A stretch of 64,000 nucleotides of DNA from Candidatus Acidiferrales bacterium (GCA_049523255.1 JBEKNB010000002.1:157867-221866), one strand, 5' to 3'. Numbered from the stretch's first letter, positions 50,304-59,483 are shown. The notes: generated by a model not told the origin, from the sequence alone. Numbers and translations are program-made.

Positions 50304-51307
50304 GGCGCTTTCCCACCGGAATCTTTTGCGGAATGCTCTTCGCCGGCAGGGAAGTAGCCCGGCTTCGTTCGAGCGTGAAGTCTCCCATATCCGCCGGCAT
50401 CGACCTTCACTTGAACCTTCCGAAACGCACTATCTCCGTTCCCCTTCGGTGGGATGTACCCGAGCGTGTACTGTTCGCGAAGATCGATTGCGATTTGTTT
50501 CGAGATATCGATCACGGATTCCGGAGAGTCGGGAAAATAGGCGATGCCGCCGGTGTCTTTCGAAAGCCGTCGCAAAACGCCCGGGTTCTCCTCTTCGAGC
50601 GTCTGACCGACCAGACCGATGCAGTAGACGACCACGTGCGACTGCTGGGCCAGCTTCAGCACCTGAGAAAGCTTTTGTTGGCTGGCATCATCGCCGCCGT
50701 CGCTGACGATGATCAGTGCTTTCTTGTCGTGGGTGCCGAGTTCCAGGTGACGGAACCCTTCGACGATCGCGTCGTATAGCGCGGTTTCTCCGCTCGCGGT
50801 AACGTTTGCGATCGCCTCATCGAGCTCCATCGCATCGTTCGTGAACTGCTTTCCCCCGAGCGGCTGTAGAGTAGCGTGCTCATTGAAATTCACAACGAAC
50901 ATCTCGTCCTGGCGGTTGCTCGAATGCGCGAACTCGAACACTGCCGTGGCGACCTTCTGCAGTTTTGGACCCATGCTGCCGCTGTGATCGACGATGAGAC
51001 CCACCGTCACTGGGTTGTCTTCTTTCTGGAATAGAGTGACCTTTTGGAGCTGCCCATTTTCGTAGACGTGGAAATCATCCGGACCCAGCCCGGGAACGAA
51101 GTCTCCCTTCGCGTCTGTCACTCGCACGGGAAGCAAGACAAGTTCGGTCCTGACGGAGATTGTAGATTGGGCGTACGCCTCCGAAGAGGGCGTGGATGCC
51201 GGCAACAGCTGCCATCCGCTCGTAAGGATCAAGGTGAAACAAAGAGCGGCGAAGACACAGGTGTGAGTGCGCCGCCCGTTGTTGTAGTTGTTGCGTGATT
51301 GCTGCAT
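50300..51307 (-). CDS. VWA-domain protein (acidobacterial VWFA-related type)
   Basis: 335 aa. After the signal peptide come TELVLLPVRVTD..G.FV.GL..DDF.VYENG, then a MIDAS-like DHSGSM. Its stop overlaps the sortase start by 4 nt. Confidence 0.8.
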   Translation of the reverse strand: MQQSRNNYNNGRRTHTCVFAALCFTLILTSGWQLLPASTPSSEAYAQSTISVRTELVLLPVRVTDAKGDFVPGLGPDDFHVYENGQLQKVTLFQKEDNPVTVGLIVDHSGSMGPKLQKVATAVFEFAHSSNRQDEMFVVNFNEHATLQPLGGKQFTNDAMELDEAIANVTASGETALYDAIVEGFRHLELGTHDKKALIIVSDGGDDASQQKLSQVLKLAQQSHVVVYCIGLVGQTLEEENPGVLRRLSKDTGGIAYFPDSPESVIDISKQIAIDLREQYTLGYIPPKGNGDSAFRKVQVKVDAGGYGRLHARTKPGYFPAGEEHSAKDSGGKAP

Positions 51308-51384
51308 GACGATCGCCGCAGATACCGCTGGTTGGGGAAGGAGCGTTTCGCTCCTTCCCCAACGTTGAGGTTAAGGGTGAGGTG

Positions 51385-52053
51385 TCAGAAAGCCCGTCTT
51401 GCGAACAACTTCAGACCGGCTCCCAGGCTGATCGATAGCAAACCGAGTAGCGCGATCAGCGGAGTCACGCTGGCCGTTTTCGGCAACTGCGCGACCTCCT
51501 GACTAGGGGCCGTCTGAATCGCTTCTGCAAGCGGCACTTCCTTTGCTTCCGGGGTGACCGCAACGAGTGGGATGGTCTCCATCTCGCCGGCCGTCGGCTC
51601 GACGGTCTCCGCCGGGACCACTTCGTTGGATGCTTGAGCTAGCTCTACCGCTCGCTCCTTGGGGTAGACAAACTCATTCCCGAAATTGTGACCGGGATAG
51701 AACCACGCGCGGAGGGCAGCCGGGCGGCCGCTCGGGCGCTCGTGAAATTCGATCACGGTTTCGTCGGCAGGTCCGAGACGATAGTCCGCAATGGTGAGCA
51801 CTGTCGTGATCAGTTTCATTCCGTCTTCGTTCCATATCTGCACGACGTTCCGGCTCATGTTGCCAGGAAGTACTCTGAGCCTGTATGTTCCGGCCGCCAG
51901 GATAATTTTCCCCGGCACTTCCACCGGTTGGTTGAATGTAACTGTGGTGTCTTTGTCGAATCGCTGAGCTTGGGCAGGTGCTGACGCGATGCCGACTAAG
52001 ACGAAGAGTGTCAGCAGCAGAAACGAGATTCCCTTGAACATTCTCATTTTCAT
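51385..52053 (-). CDS. exported protein with C-terminal sortase-type sorting signal
   Basis: 222 aa with a signal peptide and an N-terminal domain containing the WFYPGHNFGNEFVYPK motif. An acidic linker precedes LPKTAS, a hydrophobic stretch and a basic tail. Confidence 0.75.
   Translation of the reverse strand: MKMRMFKGISFLLLTLFVLVGIASAPAQAQRFDKDTTVTFNQPVEVPGKIILAAGTYRLRVLPGNMSRNVVQIWNEDGMKLITTVLTIADYRLGPADETVIEFHERPSGRPAALRAWFYPGHNFGNEFVYPKERAVELAQASNEVVPAETVEPTAGEMETIPLVAVTPEAKEVPLAEAIQTAPSQEVAQLPKTASVTPLIALLGLLSISLGAGLKLFARRAF
51388..51486 (-). other. tripartite sorting signal (LPKTAS - hydrophobic segment - KLFARRAF)
   Basis: The minus-strand codons TTG CCG AAA ACG GCC AGC at 51486-51469 encode LPKTAS. 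They are followed by 19 mostly hydrophobic residues and a positively charged C-terminus. Confidence 0.65.
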
Positions 52054-52381
52054 TCCCTCCTGTCAGGCGGCTCCGGACGTGGACGGGAAGAGAAAGAAAT
52101 ATCTGCGTTCGAATGCCGGCTGACCCATCACACTGCATGGACGACTACCAATACGTTCGGTAGTTTCAGCCAGCCGTATTATCCGCTTGCACCCGAGCTA
52201 CCGCAGTGATCCGAGTCACATCCTGATAATACGACGCGAAGAGGATCTGTATGTCGCGGTCCTGCACGGACTTGCGCCGCCCGCCCCCGTATTGTCGCGA
52301 GTCTCCGCCATCTCAAATCCTGATGGCACACACTCCGATTTTGGATTTGCTTGTCTTGTCGCGGCCTTTCTAAAGTGAGAT

Positions 52382-53110
52382 ATGAATACATACCCTGAAC
52401 ACGGCGAACGTCACGACATCGACGTTCTCCACGAGATCGGCGAGCGCATTGCCGCATCCGACCCCCTCTCGACTGTGCTCAAACTTGTGGTCGAGTTTGT
52501 ATCGAGCATCGTGAAGTGCGATTCCTGTTTCATCTACGTTCTCGAAGGCAGTGAGCTCATTCTCCGCGCTTCCAAAAACCCGCACGCGGAGATCGTGGAC
52601 CGGCTAAGGCTTCGCGTGGGGCAGGGAATTACCGGTTGGGTCGCCGAACACAAAAAGCCCGTGGCGATCGGCAGAAAGGCCGCGCTCGATCCGCGCTTTC
52701 AGTCGTTCCACGAGCTGCCGGAGGATCGTTTCGAGGCGTTTCTCTCCGTGCCGGTTTTGTGCCGCGCCAAGCTCGTCGGAGTCGTCAACGTGCAGCACCG
52801 CGAGCCGCACGATTACAGCGAGCGCGAAATCCACCTGATCTCGACGATCGGTTTTCTGGTGGGACCCGAAATCGAGCTGGTCCGTCTCGAAACCGAGAGC
52901 TCGAGACTCTCCGAACTCTCCGAGGCGCGACAATTGGTGGAACGGGCGCAGAAAGCGCTAAGCCTTAGCCTGCGGATCAGCGAGGAGGATGCCTATCTGG
53001 TCTTGCAGAAGGAAAGCCGGCAGCGCCGCAGGTCAATGAAGGAAATCGCCGAGGCCATCCTCATCTGGGACGAAATCCTCAGTTCGCAGCGCGGCTCCCA
53101 CCCCTGTTAA
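52382..53110 (+). CDS. GAF-ANTAR RNA-binding regulator
   Basis: 242 aa. The GAF-like N-terminal domain (VKCDSCFIYVLEG...GQGITGWVA...VPVL) is followed by a C-terminal ANTAR-like three-helix region (LVERAQKAL...ISEEDAYLVLQKESRQRRRSMKEIAEAIL). Confidence 0.8.
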   Translation: MNTYPEHGERHDIDVLHEIGERIAASDPLSTVLKLVVEFVSSIVKCDSCFIYVLEGSELILRASKNPHAEIVDRLRLRVGQGITGWVAEHKKPVAIGRKAALDPRFQSFHELPEDRFEAFLSVPVLCRAKLVGVVNVQHREPHDYSEREIHLISTIGFLVGPEIELVRLETESSRLSELSEARQLVERAQKALSLSLRISEEDAYLVLQKESRQRRRSMKEIAEAILIWDEILSSQRGSHPC

Positions 53111-54027
53111 TTGATTGTGCCGCGTTCCGTCTGATTCAAGAAGCGGATCACGCGTTCTTCATACTCTGCCGGGGCACGACCGAGAGCGGAAGCGTGTTGC
53201 GCCCCGCCCACTTCCCACAGTTCCTTCGGCCCGCGTGCGGCACGGTAGATTCGTTCGGCGTGCCGGCAAGGGATCGTGTGGTCACGCGTTCCGCAAATCA
53301 GGAGCACGGGAAACGCGCGCGCCGCGACAGCTCGTTCCGGTGATACGTCGCCGGGATTGAATTTCCCGGCCTGTGCTACTCCATACATTCCCTCAATTGT
53401 CGCGGGGCGAAACAGCGTCTTGCCAAGAAAGGGGCTGAAATGCAATCCCGCATAGTCGTAGCTGACTTCGCGCAAATCTGCAAACGGGTCTTCCGCGATG
53501 ACGCCCTCGATTCGCGGCTCGACGGCAGCCGATTGCAGCGCAATCGCAGCGCCCATCGAAATCCCGAGCGCGTACAAGTGAGACACTTTTTCCGTTGAGT
53601 ACAGCGCATTCGTAATCGCAACCGTGTCGTACCGTTCTTTCCAGCCGTACGTCGCGATGTCACCGCCGCTCTCTCCGTGGGCGCGCGAGTCCATCATGAT
53701 GACGCTATAGCCGTGGCGCAGCAGAATCTCGGCCGGGCCGAGAACGCCGGTGCGATTGTCTGAAACGCCATGGAAGAGCAAAACCCAGTCGCCGTTCGGC
53801 GAAGGAGGATGAACCTTCCATCCGCACAACTCGATACCGTCGGGCGCCCGAACATCAAAGTCGGTTTTGGTTGCGCCGGTTCGTTGGAAGATCCGATCGG
53901 CCTGGGCCCGGCGGGCGGGATTCAGGTTCATCGGATGCAGCACGCCCGGACCCAGTGCACGCCCAGCAAGCGCGACAGCGCCTTCAGCCAGTACCAGCGC
54001 GGCGATGATGTAGGCGATCCGGCGCAT
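53107..54027 (-). CDS. alpha/beta hydrolase
   Basis: 306 aa with an N-terminal anchor, nucleophile elbow GISMGA, and late Asp/His motifs. Confidence 0.75.
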   Translation of the reverse strand: MRRIAYIIAALVLAEGAVALAGRALGPGVLHPMNLNPARRAQADRIFQRTGATKTDFDVRAPDGIELCGWKVHPPSPNGDWVLLFHGVSDNRTGVLGPAEILLRHGYSVIMMDSRAHGESGGDIATYGWKERYDTVAITNALYSTEKVSHLYALGISMGAAIALQSAAVEPRIEGVIAEDPFADLREVSYDYAGLHFSPFLGKTLFRPATIEGMYGVAQAGKFNPGDVSPERAVAARAFPVLLICGTRDHTIPCRHAERIYRAARGPKELWEVGGAQHASALGRAPAEYEERVIRFLNQTERGTIN

Positions 54028-54087
54028 GAATCTCTACTTACTTCAGTGTTACGAAATAGAAGGGCGTGAAGTTCCAGTGCTGAGCGG

Positions 54088-54621
54088 CTACGGCTTGGGG
54101 TGCTCGCGGACCATGCGAATCGGCTTGACGATCAGACCCTTGGGCGTCTCGGGATCGCTCTCCAACAGCGGGGTGAGTTCGCCTTCGTCGGCGGTCTTCA
54201 AAACGAACTTCCATTGCGTCCCGCCGCGATATTGATCCTTCTCGAGGACCAGGAAAAGCAGCGCGCCTTCTTTGAAACGGACATTGAGGAGCGGAGCGTC
54301 GCCGGCATCCGCGTGAGTGTCGTCGTTCAGGTTTCCCTCCTTATCGACGCCGACGTCGAAATTGTTCATTGTGCCGGAGAGTTTCCCTCCATGTTCCTTC
54401 AACACAAGGATCGCGAAAACCTTGCCCTGGAAGCTGCCTTTCCAGGTGCCCACGAATGCCTTGAGGTCGGGCGAATTTTCCGCCGGCTGCTGATTGCGAG
54501 GGCGGGCGGAAACGGAGAAAGAGAACGCAGCGAGGCAGAAAACGAGCAGGGTCGGGCCGCCCGGAAGAAAGAGGGACGCCCGGCGTCCGCCGGCTGCACG
54601 ACTACGGCTCACGATTCTCAT
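54088..54621 (-). CDS. exported hypothetical protein
   Basis: 177 aa from ATG 54621. The longer ORF would overlap the upstream gene. It has a signal-like N-terminus. I recognise no family. Confidence 0.55.
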   Translation of the reverse strand: MRIVSRSRAAGGRRASLFLPGGPTLLVFCLAAFSFSVSARPRNQQPAENSPDLKAFVGTWKGSFQGKVFAILVLKEHGGKLSGTMNNFDVGVDKEGNLNDDTHADAGDAPLLNVRFKEGALLFLVLEKDQYRGGTQWKFVLKTADEGELTPLLESDPETPKGLIVKPIRMVREHPKP

Positions 54622-54641
54622 CGTAAATACCTTCCTAAGCG

Positions 54642-55517
54642 CTACGATCCCGTCGAGGAGTAGTGGCGTGTGCCGAGGTTCCACAGCGAAATGGACAGCA
54701 CGAGAAACACGACCGCGACCACGGGCACGAGCGGCGCGTACTCCGGCGCGACCGCGCGCCCGAGCATCTTCACGCTCGGATAGAACGACGCAAGCCCAAA
54801 AGGAATGATCCAGCAGAGGACGAACTGCACCGCGCCGCTATAGATCGAGAGCGGATAGCGGCCGAAAGCGATCACGTTCCACACCGGCGGATGAACCCCC
54901 ACGCGATCCTCAAACCAGAACGACACCGTGGTCAAGATGAGGAAGATCGAGATGTAGATCACGCTCGCGCAGATTCCGAAAAAAAGGAGCATCGCCAGTT
55001 TGCCTGGCGTCCACGCGACGTGAAGGCGATGCGCCGCCCACACCATGCAGAACAGGCCCGTGACGATTCCTTGCAGCGCCTCGATGCGGAACGTCTCAAA
55101 AAGAATTTGAAAGAGGGATGAAATCGGCCGGAGCAGGATGCGGTCGAATTTGCCTTCGATGATGTAGTCGTTGCCGAAGTTATAGAGATTTCCCATGAGA
55201 ATACTGAGCACACCGTAGGGAATCAGAGAAAAGCCGTAGAGAAAAAGCTCTTCGGGGAGACTCCACCCGGCGAGCTGCGGCGCTTTGCGGAACAGCACGA
55301 GCACGAAGGCTAAGCCGAAGATCGTCGCGGCGAAGCTGGTGATCACGCTGATGACGAAGTCGCCGCGATAGCCGAACTGCACCTTCGCATACTGCGTGAA
55401 GTAGTCGAAGAAAAGCCCGAGATAGCGTGCAATGTTGCGGACGGGCGCCGTGAGGCCGGTGGATTCGCGAACCGGGCTGGATTGTGTCGTCATCGTCTCA
55501 GCCTTTCTGATCGTCAT
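54642..55517 (-). CDS. ABC-2-type transporter permease
   Basis: Six hydrophobic helices with the motif FDRILLRP. ATG 55517 overlaps the upstream stop (ATGA). An alternative start is at 55493. Confidence 0.8.
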   Translation of the reverse strand: MTIRKAETMTTQSSPVRESTGLTAPVRNIARYLGLFFDYFTQYAKVQFGYRGDFVISVITSFAATIFGLAFVLVLFRKAPQLAGWSLPEELFLYGFSLIPYGVLSILMGNLYNFGNDYIIEGKFDRILLRPISSLFQILFETFRIEALQGIVTGLFCMVWAAHRLHVAWTPGKLAMLLFFGICASVIYISIFLILTTVSFWFEDRVGVHPPVWNVIAFGRYPLSIYSGAVQFVLCWIIPFGLASFYPSVKMLGRAVAPEYAPLVPVVAVVFLVLSISLWNLGTRHYSSTGS

Positions 55518-56326
55518 CCTCCCTGAATCGTCATCGAGCCGAGGCAGTGGTTCCACCACAGGTGGGCGGAAACGAGCAGCGCGACGACCCAGAGCCATTG
55601 AACTCCGAGGGCGCGCAGCGCCTGCGAATGGTCCAGGTTGCCGAGATAGATTTGCAGCGGCGTGTAGGCGATGTGCTCGAAGGGGAGCCACGCCATCACT
55701 TTGCGAATGCCGTCCGGAAAGAACGACATCGGCAGCAGCAGACCCGAAAGCAGCTCGATCAACCATTGCTTTGCGCGCACGAGCGCGAGGATCGACTTCA
55801 ACGGGATCGCGCAGGTTCCGATAATGAAGCCGATCGCGCCCATTAGGAAGAAGCTCCCGACGACCGACGCGAGGAAAATATAGAAATGCTCGCGCGAAGC
55901 CGGTCCTTGCATCGGAAAGACAAACGCGATGACGAGAGCGGTCGGGAGAGTGAGAAGGACCAGGCGGAAGGCCGATTCTCCCATCGAGCGGCAGATCCAC
56001 ATCCACTGCATCGATACGGGCTTGATGAGGTCCATGGCGATCCTGCCGTCGATTACTTCGTAGGCCATCTCCTGGTCAATGGTGTTCGTGTAGAAGGAGC
56101 GAATGATCCAGCCGACGCTGACATAGGTGAGCATTTGCGCCATGTTGTAGCCGGCGATCGACTGCCCGGGATGATAGACGGCCTTCCAGATGAAGTAGTA
56201 GATCGTGACGTTGAGCGAATACGTGATGATGCCCGTGAAATAGCGCAGGCGGAACGCAAGGATGTTGACGAACCCCACGCGCACGAATTCCGCGTACGGC
56301 GCGAGAGATTCGATCATCTTACTCAT
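55514..56326 (-). CDS. ABC-2-type transporter permease
   Basis: 270 aa with six hydrophobic helices. It is a paralogue-like partner of the downstream permease. Confidence 0.8.
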   Translation of the reverse strand: MSKMIESLAPYAEFVRVGFVNILAFRLRYFTGIITYSLNVTIYYFIWKAVYHPGQSIAGYNMAQMLTYVSVGWIIRSFYTNTIDQEMAYEVIDGRIAMDLIKPVSMQWMWICRSMGESAFRLVLLTLPTALVIAFVFPMQGPASREHFYIFLASVVGSFFLMGAIGFIIGTCAIPLKSILALVRAKQWLIELLSGLLLPMSFFPDGIRKVMAWLPFEHIAYTPLQIYLGNLDHSQALRALGVQWLWVVALLVSAHLWWNHCLGSMTIQGG

Positions 56327-56368
56327 TGCCCTGACGCCTCGCAGAATCTGGCTCGCAAATCATGCCCC

Positions 56369-56454
56369 GAAAGTGTAGCGATTCGACAGGGAGCCGATCC
56401 TTTGTTTCCAAGGGGTTACGCGTGTTCCTGCTCGACAGCGTAGCGATTAGAAAT
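56369..56454 (-). repeat. family B modular repeat, single unit inside an operon
   Basis: The plus strand reads GTGTAGCGATTCG...CTTTGTTTCCAAGGGG...CTCGACAG-CGTAGCGATTAGAAAT. The blocks and their order match the units at 35.6 kb. It sits in the 300-nt gap between the ABC ATPase and permease genes. The strand label follows the surrounding operon. Confidence 0.65.
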
Positions 56455-56626
56455 CGGGTACCGTGGGGCCCTTTTGGCGGCAGGCAAACGCCTCCCGCCC
56501 GCGGCGCGTTTCCGGTGCCTTGAGACCGCCCTACGCCGAATTGGATACGTATCATCATCACAGAAAAATGGTAATACCTTGCAGGCGGAACGCAAGCACA
56601 AAAGCCTGTGGACTTTTGAAAGCCTC

Positions 56627-57649
56627 CTACACGTTGACTTCGAGGGAGGCTTCGCCGGCGTAGATGCGCTTGACGATTTCCTCGATGGGCTCGTCTTCGA
56701 TCAGCAAGTCGCGGACTTCGACGGCGCCCAGAATCTGGCGGATCAGATCGGCGGTGGCGACTTTGGCGCGGTCGAAGCGGATGCGATAGGTGAGCTCATC
56801 GACCTGTTCGAGTTCGAGGCCGTCGCGCGAAAAGGCCGAGACACGCGCCACCTGGGCCCGATCTTTCAGCGCAAATTTCACCTGTTTCGTGCGCAGAAGC
56901 CTCTGCTTCAGGTCTTCGAGCGGGCCGTCGTAGAGGACGCGTCCGTGGTCGATGATCATGATGCGGCGGCACAGCTCTTCGATATCGTCGAGGTCGTGAG
57001 TGGTCAGCAGCACGGTGGTGCGAAACTCGCGGTTGATCGAGCGCAGGAACTGGCGGATATGATCCTTGGCGACCACGTCCAGGCCGATGGTCGGCTCGTC
57101 GAGGAAGAGCAGCGGAGGATTGTGCAGGAGCGCGGCGGCGAGATCGCAGCGCATACGTTCGCCGAGCGACAGCTTCCGCACTGGCGTGTGCAGGTAATCG
57201 CGAATGCCGAGAATTTCGTCGAAGCGCTCCATGCGGGCATCGAAATCGCGCTGCGAGACATCGTAGATGCGGCGCAAGAGCTTGAACGACTCGACCACGG
57301 CGATATCCCACCAGAGCTGCGTGCGCTGCCCGAAGACGGCGCCGATCGTCTTGACGTATTGCGTGCGCTGGCGAAAAGGCACGAAGCCGTTGACGCGGAT
57401 TTCGCCGCTCGTCGGGACGAGGATGCCCGTCAGCATTTTGATGCTGGTGGATTTGCCGGCGCCGTTCGGGCCGATATAGCCGACCATTTCGCCGCGGCCG
57501 ATCGAAAAACTCACACGGTCCACAGCCGCGACGGTGCGGTAGTCGCGCACGAAAAGATTCTGGATCGAGCCCCAAAGTCCTTCGCGGCGCTGAAAGCTGC
57601 GGAAATGCTTCGAGAGTTCGTGGACGTAGATGGGAACGTCGGGAGTCAT
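56627..57649 (-). CDS. ABC transporter ATP-binding protein
   Basis: Walker A GPNGAGKST, signature LSLGERMR and Walker B LLFLDEPT. There is a C-terminal extension domain. Confidence 0.92.
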   Translation of the reverse strand: MTPDVPIYVHELSKHFRSFQRREGLWGSIQNLFVRDYRTVAAVDRVSFSIGRGEMVGYIGPNGAGKSTSIKMLTGILVPTSGEIRVNGFVPFRQRTQYVKTIGAVFGQRTQLWWDIAVVESFKLLRRIYDVSQRDFDARMERFDEILGIRDYLHTPVRKLSLGERMRCDLAAALLHNPPLLFLDEPTIGLDVVAKDHIRQFLRSINREFRTTVLLTTHDLDDIEELCRRIMIIDHGRVLYDGPLEDLKQRLLRTKQVKFALKDRAQVARVSAFSRDGLELEQVDELTYRIRFDRAKVATADLIRQILGAVEVRDLLIEDEPIEEIVKRIYAGEASLEVNV

Positions 57650-57692
57650 GAACAGGGGAAGATTCTAACATCTGCGGCGCGAGCGTGCCGGG

Positions 57693-58061
57693 CTAGGCGG
57701 GGTGGCCGCGCGAAACAATCTCCCGTACGCGGGCCACGATTTCAGCGATGCGCACCGGCCGATAGAACACGGTATCGACCGGCGGAAGCGGGACAGTTTC
57801 CGTGCGCGAGGCGATTAGAATCGCAGGAACGCGCGCGATCAGTTTTTGGATTGCGGGGTCGCCCGCGAACTCGGCGAGAGCCTCGATCACGAGGGCGGTG
57901 GGCATCTCGCCCGCGGCGATGGCGCGGCCTGCTTCGGAGGCGGACTCCATACCGAGGGCCTGGATGCCCTGTTCGCGAAGTTCAGCGCGCACGCTGGTGC
58001 GCAGCTTCCAGTCGCGCGCGATCACGAAAACGACCGGCATCCTGGCGGCGAAGTATAGCAT
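57693..58061 (-). CDS. stand-alone receiver-like (pseudo-receiver) domain protein
   Basis: 122 aa. The beta-alpha periodicity is like CheY, but the acceptor position reads LVIEAL (Glu instead of Asp) and the KP position reads RP. The start is uncertain (58061 or 58040). Confidence 0.45.
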   Translation of the reverse strand: MLYFAARMPVVFVIARDWKLRTSVRAELREQGIQALGMESASEAGRAIAAGEMPTALVIEALAEFAGDPAIQKLIARVPAILIASRTETVPLPPVDTVFYRPVRIAEIVARVREIVSRGHPA

Positions 58062-58253
58062 CGACGTATGTTGCGGCCCGGGCGATCTCCGCGCGTCTTT
58101 TCTGCAGGCCGGGCGCCTGAGCCCCAGGCTTCGCGAACTGGCCGGGCGATGCGATTCGCGAACCCGCCGGGCGTTTGTGCGGGCCAGCCCGGAAGCGGTT
58201 CTGTTACAATTTTGTGATCTTGGGGCACGACCGCGCCCGAAGTGCGGCCGACC

Positions 58254-59483
58254 ATGGCGAAAAACAACAAACGAAAAACGATCGTCGTGGTGGCAAGTCT
58301 TGCCGTACTGGTGGTCGCGATACTAGCCTTGCGCAAGAAGGCGCCGCTCGTGCCGGTCATGAACGTCGTGCGCGAGGATCTGAACGCGACCATCACGAGC
58401 AACGGCAAAGTCGAGCCGATTTCTCCCGATGTCGCGCGAGCCGAATTCGCAACGTTCGTGGACAAGGTGGACGCGATCGAAGGGCAGGCGGCGAACCGCG
58501 GCCAGGTGATCCTGACGCTCGACGCGGCGGACGTCCGCTCGCAACTCGCCCAGGCGCGCGCCGCGCTGCTCACGGCGCAGACAGATCTGCGGAATGCGCG
58601 CTCCGGCGGCTCGCCGGATCAGGTAGCGCAGCTCGCTGGCGATTTGAAAGCCGCCCAGGTGCAAGTGGCGAACCTCGAACGAAATGAAAAAGCGCTCGAG
58701 GGGCTGGTCGCCAACCATGCCGCGACATCCGATGAACTCGCGCAGAATCAGGCCAACCTTGCCAAGGCCCGCGCGAATCTTCAGGCGCTCGAAGCCAGGA
58801 AGCAGGATCTGACGGGGCGGTCATCGGCGATCGTAGAAAGCGCGACGTTGCGCGTCAGCGAGGCCCAGGAACAGGTGCAGTCCCTCGAAGAAAAGGTCCG
58901 TTCGGCGACCGTCGTGGCGCCGTTCGACGGAACGCTATATTCGCTGCCGGTAAATCGCGGGGATTACGTGAAGCTCGGAGACACGCTGGCGGAGATGGCG
59001 GATTTGCGGCACGTGCGCGTGCGGGCCTTCGTGGACGAGCCCGACCTCGGGGGCCTCGAGCCGAATCAGGACGTTGAAGTGACGTGGGATGCGAAGCCCG
59101 GCCGCACGTGGACGGGCCACACCGAGCAGGTGCCGAAGCAGGTGGTAACGCGCGGGATGCGCAGCGTGGGGGAACTGCTGTGCTCGGTGGACAACGAGAA
59201 GCTCGAGTTGCTGCCGAACGTCAACGTAGAAGTGCGGATTCTGGTTCGCGAGCGACACGGCGTGCTGGTGGTGCCGCGCGAGGCGGTCCGCGAGGATGAC
59301 GGGCAGCACTACGTTTTTCTGCTGATGGGCAACACCCTTCAGCGGCGCAACATCTTCCTAGGTATCGCGAGCGCGTCGAAATACGAGGTCACGTCGGGTC
59401 TGGAGACGAACGACCGCGTCGCGCTGCCGCGCGAGCGCGTGCTTCACGATGGGATGGAAATACGGCCGACGGGGGAAGAATGA
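58254..59483 (+). CDS. HlyD/MacA-type periplasmic adaptor (membrane fusion protein)
   Basis: 409 aa with an N-terminal anchor, a long coiled-coil (LAQARAALLTAQTDL...LQALEARKQDL) and beta-barrel motifs. Confidence 0.85.
   Translation: MAKNNKRKTIVVVASLAVLVVAILALRKKAPLVPVMNVVREDLNATITSNGKVEPISPDVARAEFATFVDKVDAIEGQAANRGQVILTLDAADVRSQLAQARAALLTAQTDLRNARSGGSPDQVAQLAGDLKAAQVQVANLERNEKALEGLVANHAATSDELAQNQANLAKARANLQALEARKQDLTGRSSAIVESATLRVSEAQEQVQSLEEKVRSATVVAPFDGTLYSLPVNRGDYVKLGDTLAEMADLRHVRVRAFVDEPDLGGLEPNQDVEVTWDAKPGRTWTGHTEQVPKQVVTRGMRSVGELLCSVDNEKLELLPNVNVEVRILVRERHGVLVVPREAVREDDGQHYVFLLMGNTLQRRNIFLGIASASKYEVTSGLETNDRVALPRERVLHDGMEIRPTGEE

Noticed and set aside
57805-57830. GCGATTAGAATCGC palindrome resembling the family B block, inside a CDS
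   Set aside because: It encodes ...AILIAS... in the receiver-like gene. None of the other family B blocks flank it, so it is most likely a chance match.
56474-58120. 548-aa plus-strand ORF
   Set aside because: It is antisense to the ABC ATPase (Walker A, signature and Walker B all present on the minus strand) and to the receiver-like gene. Its composition is Arg/Ala/Asp-rich.
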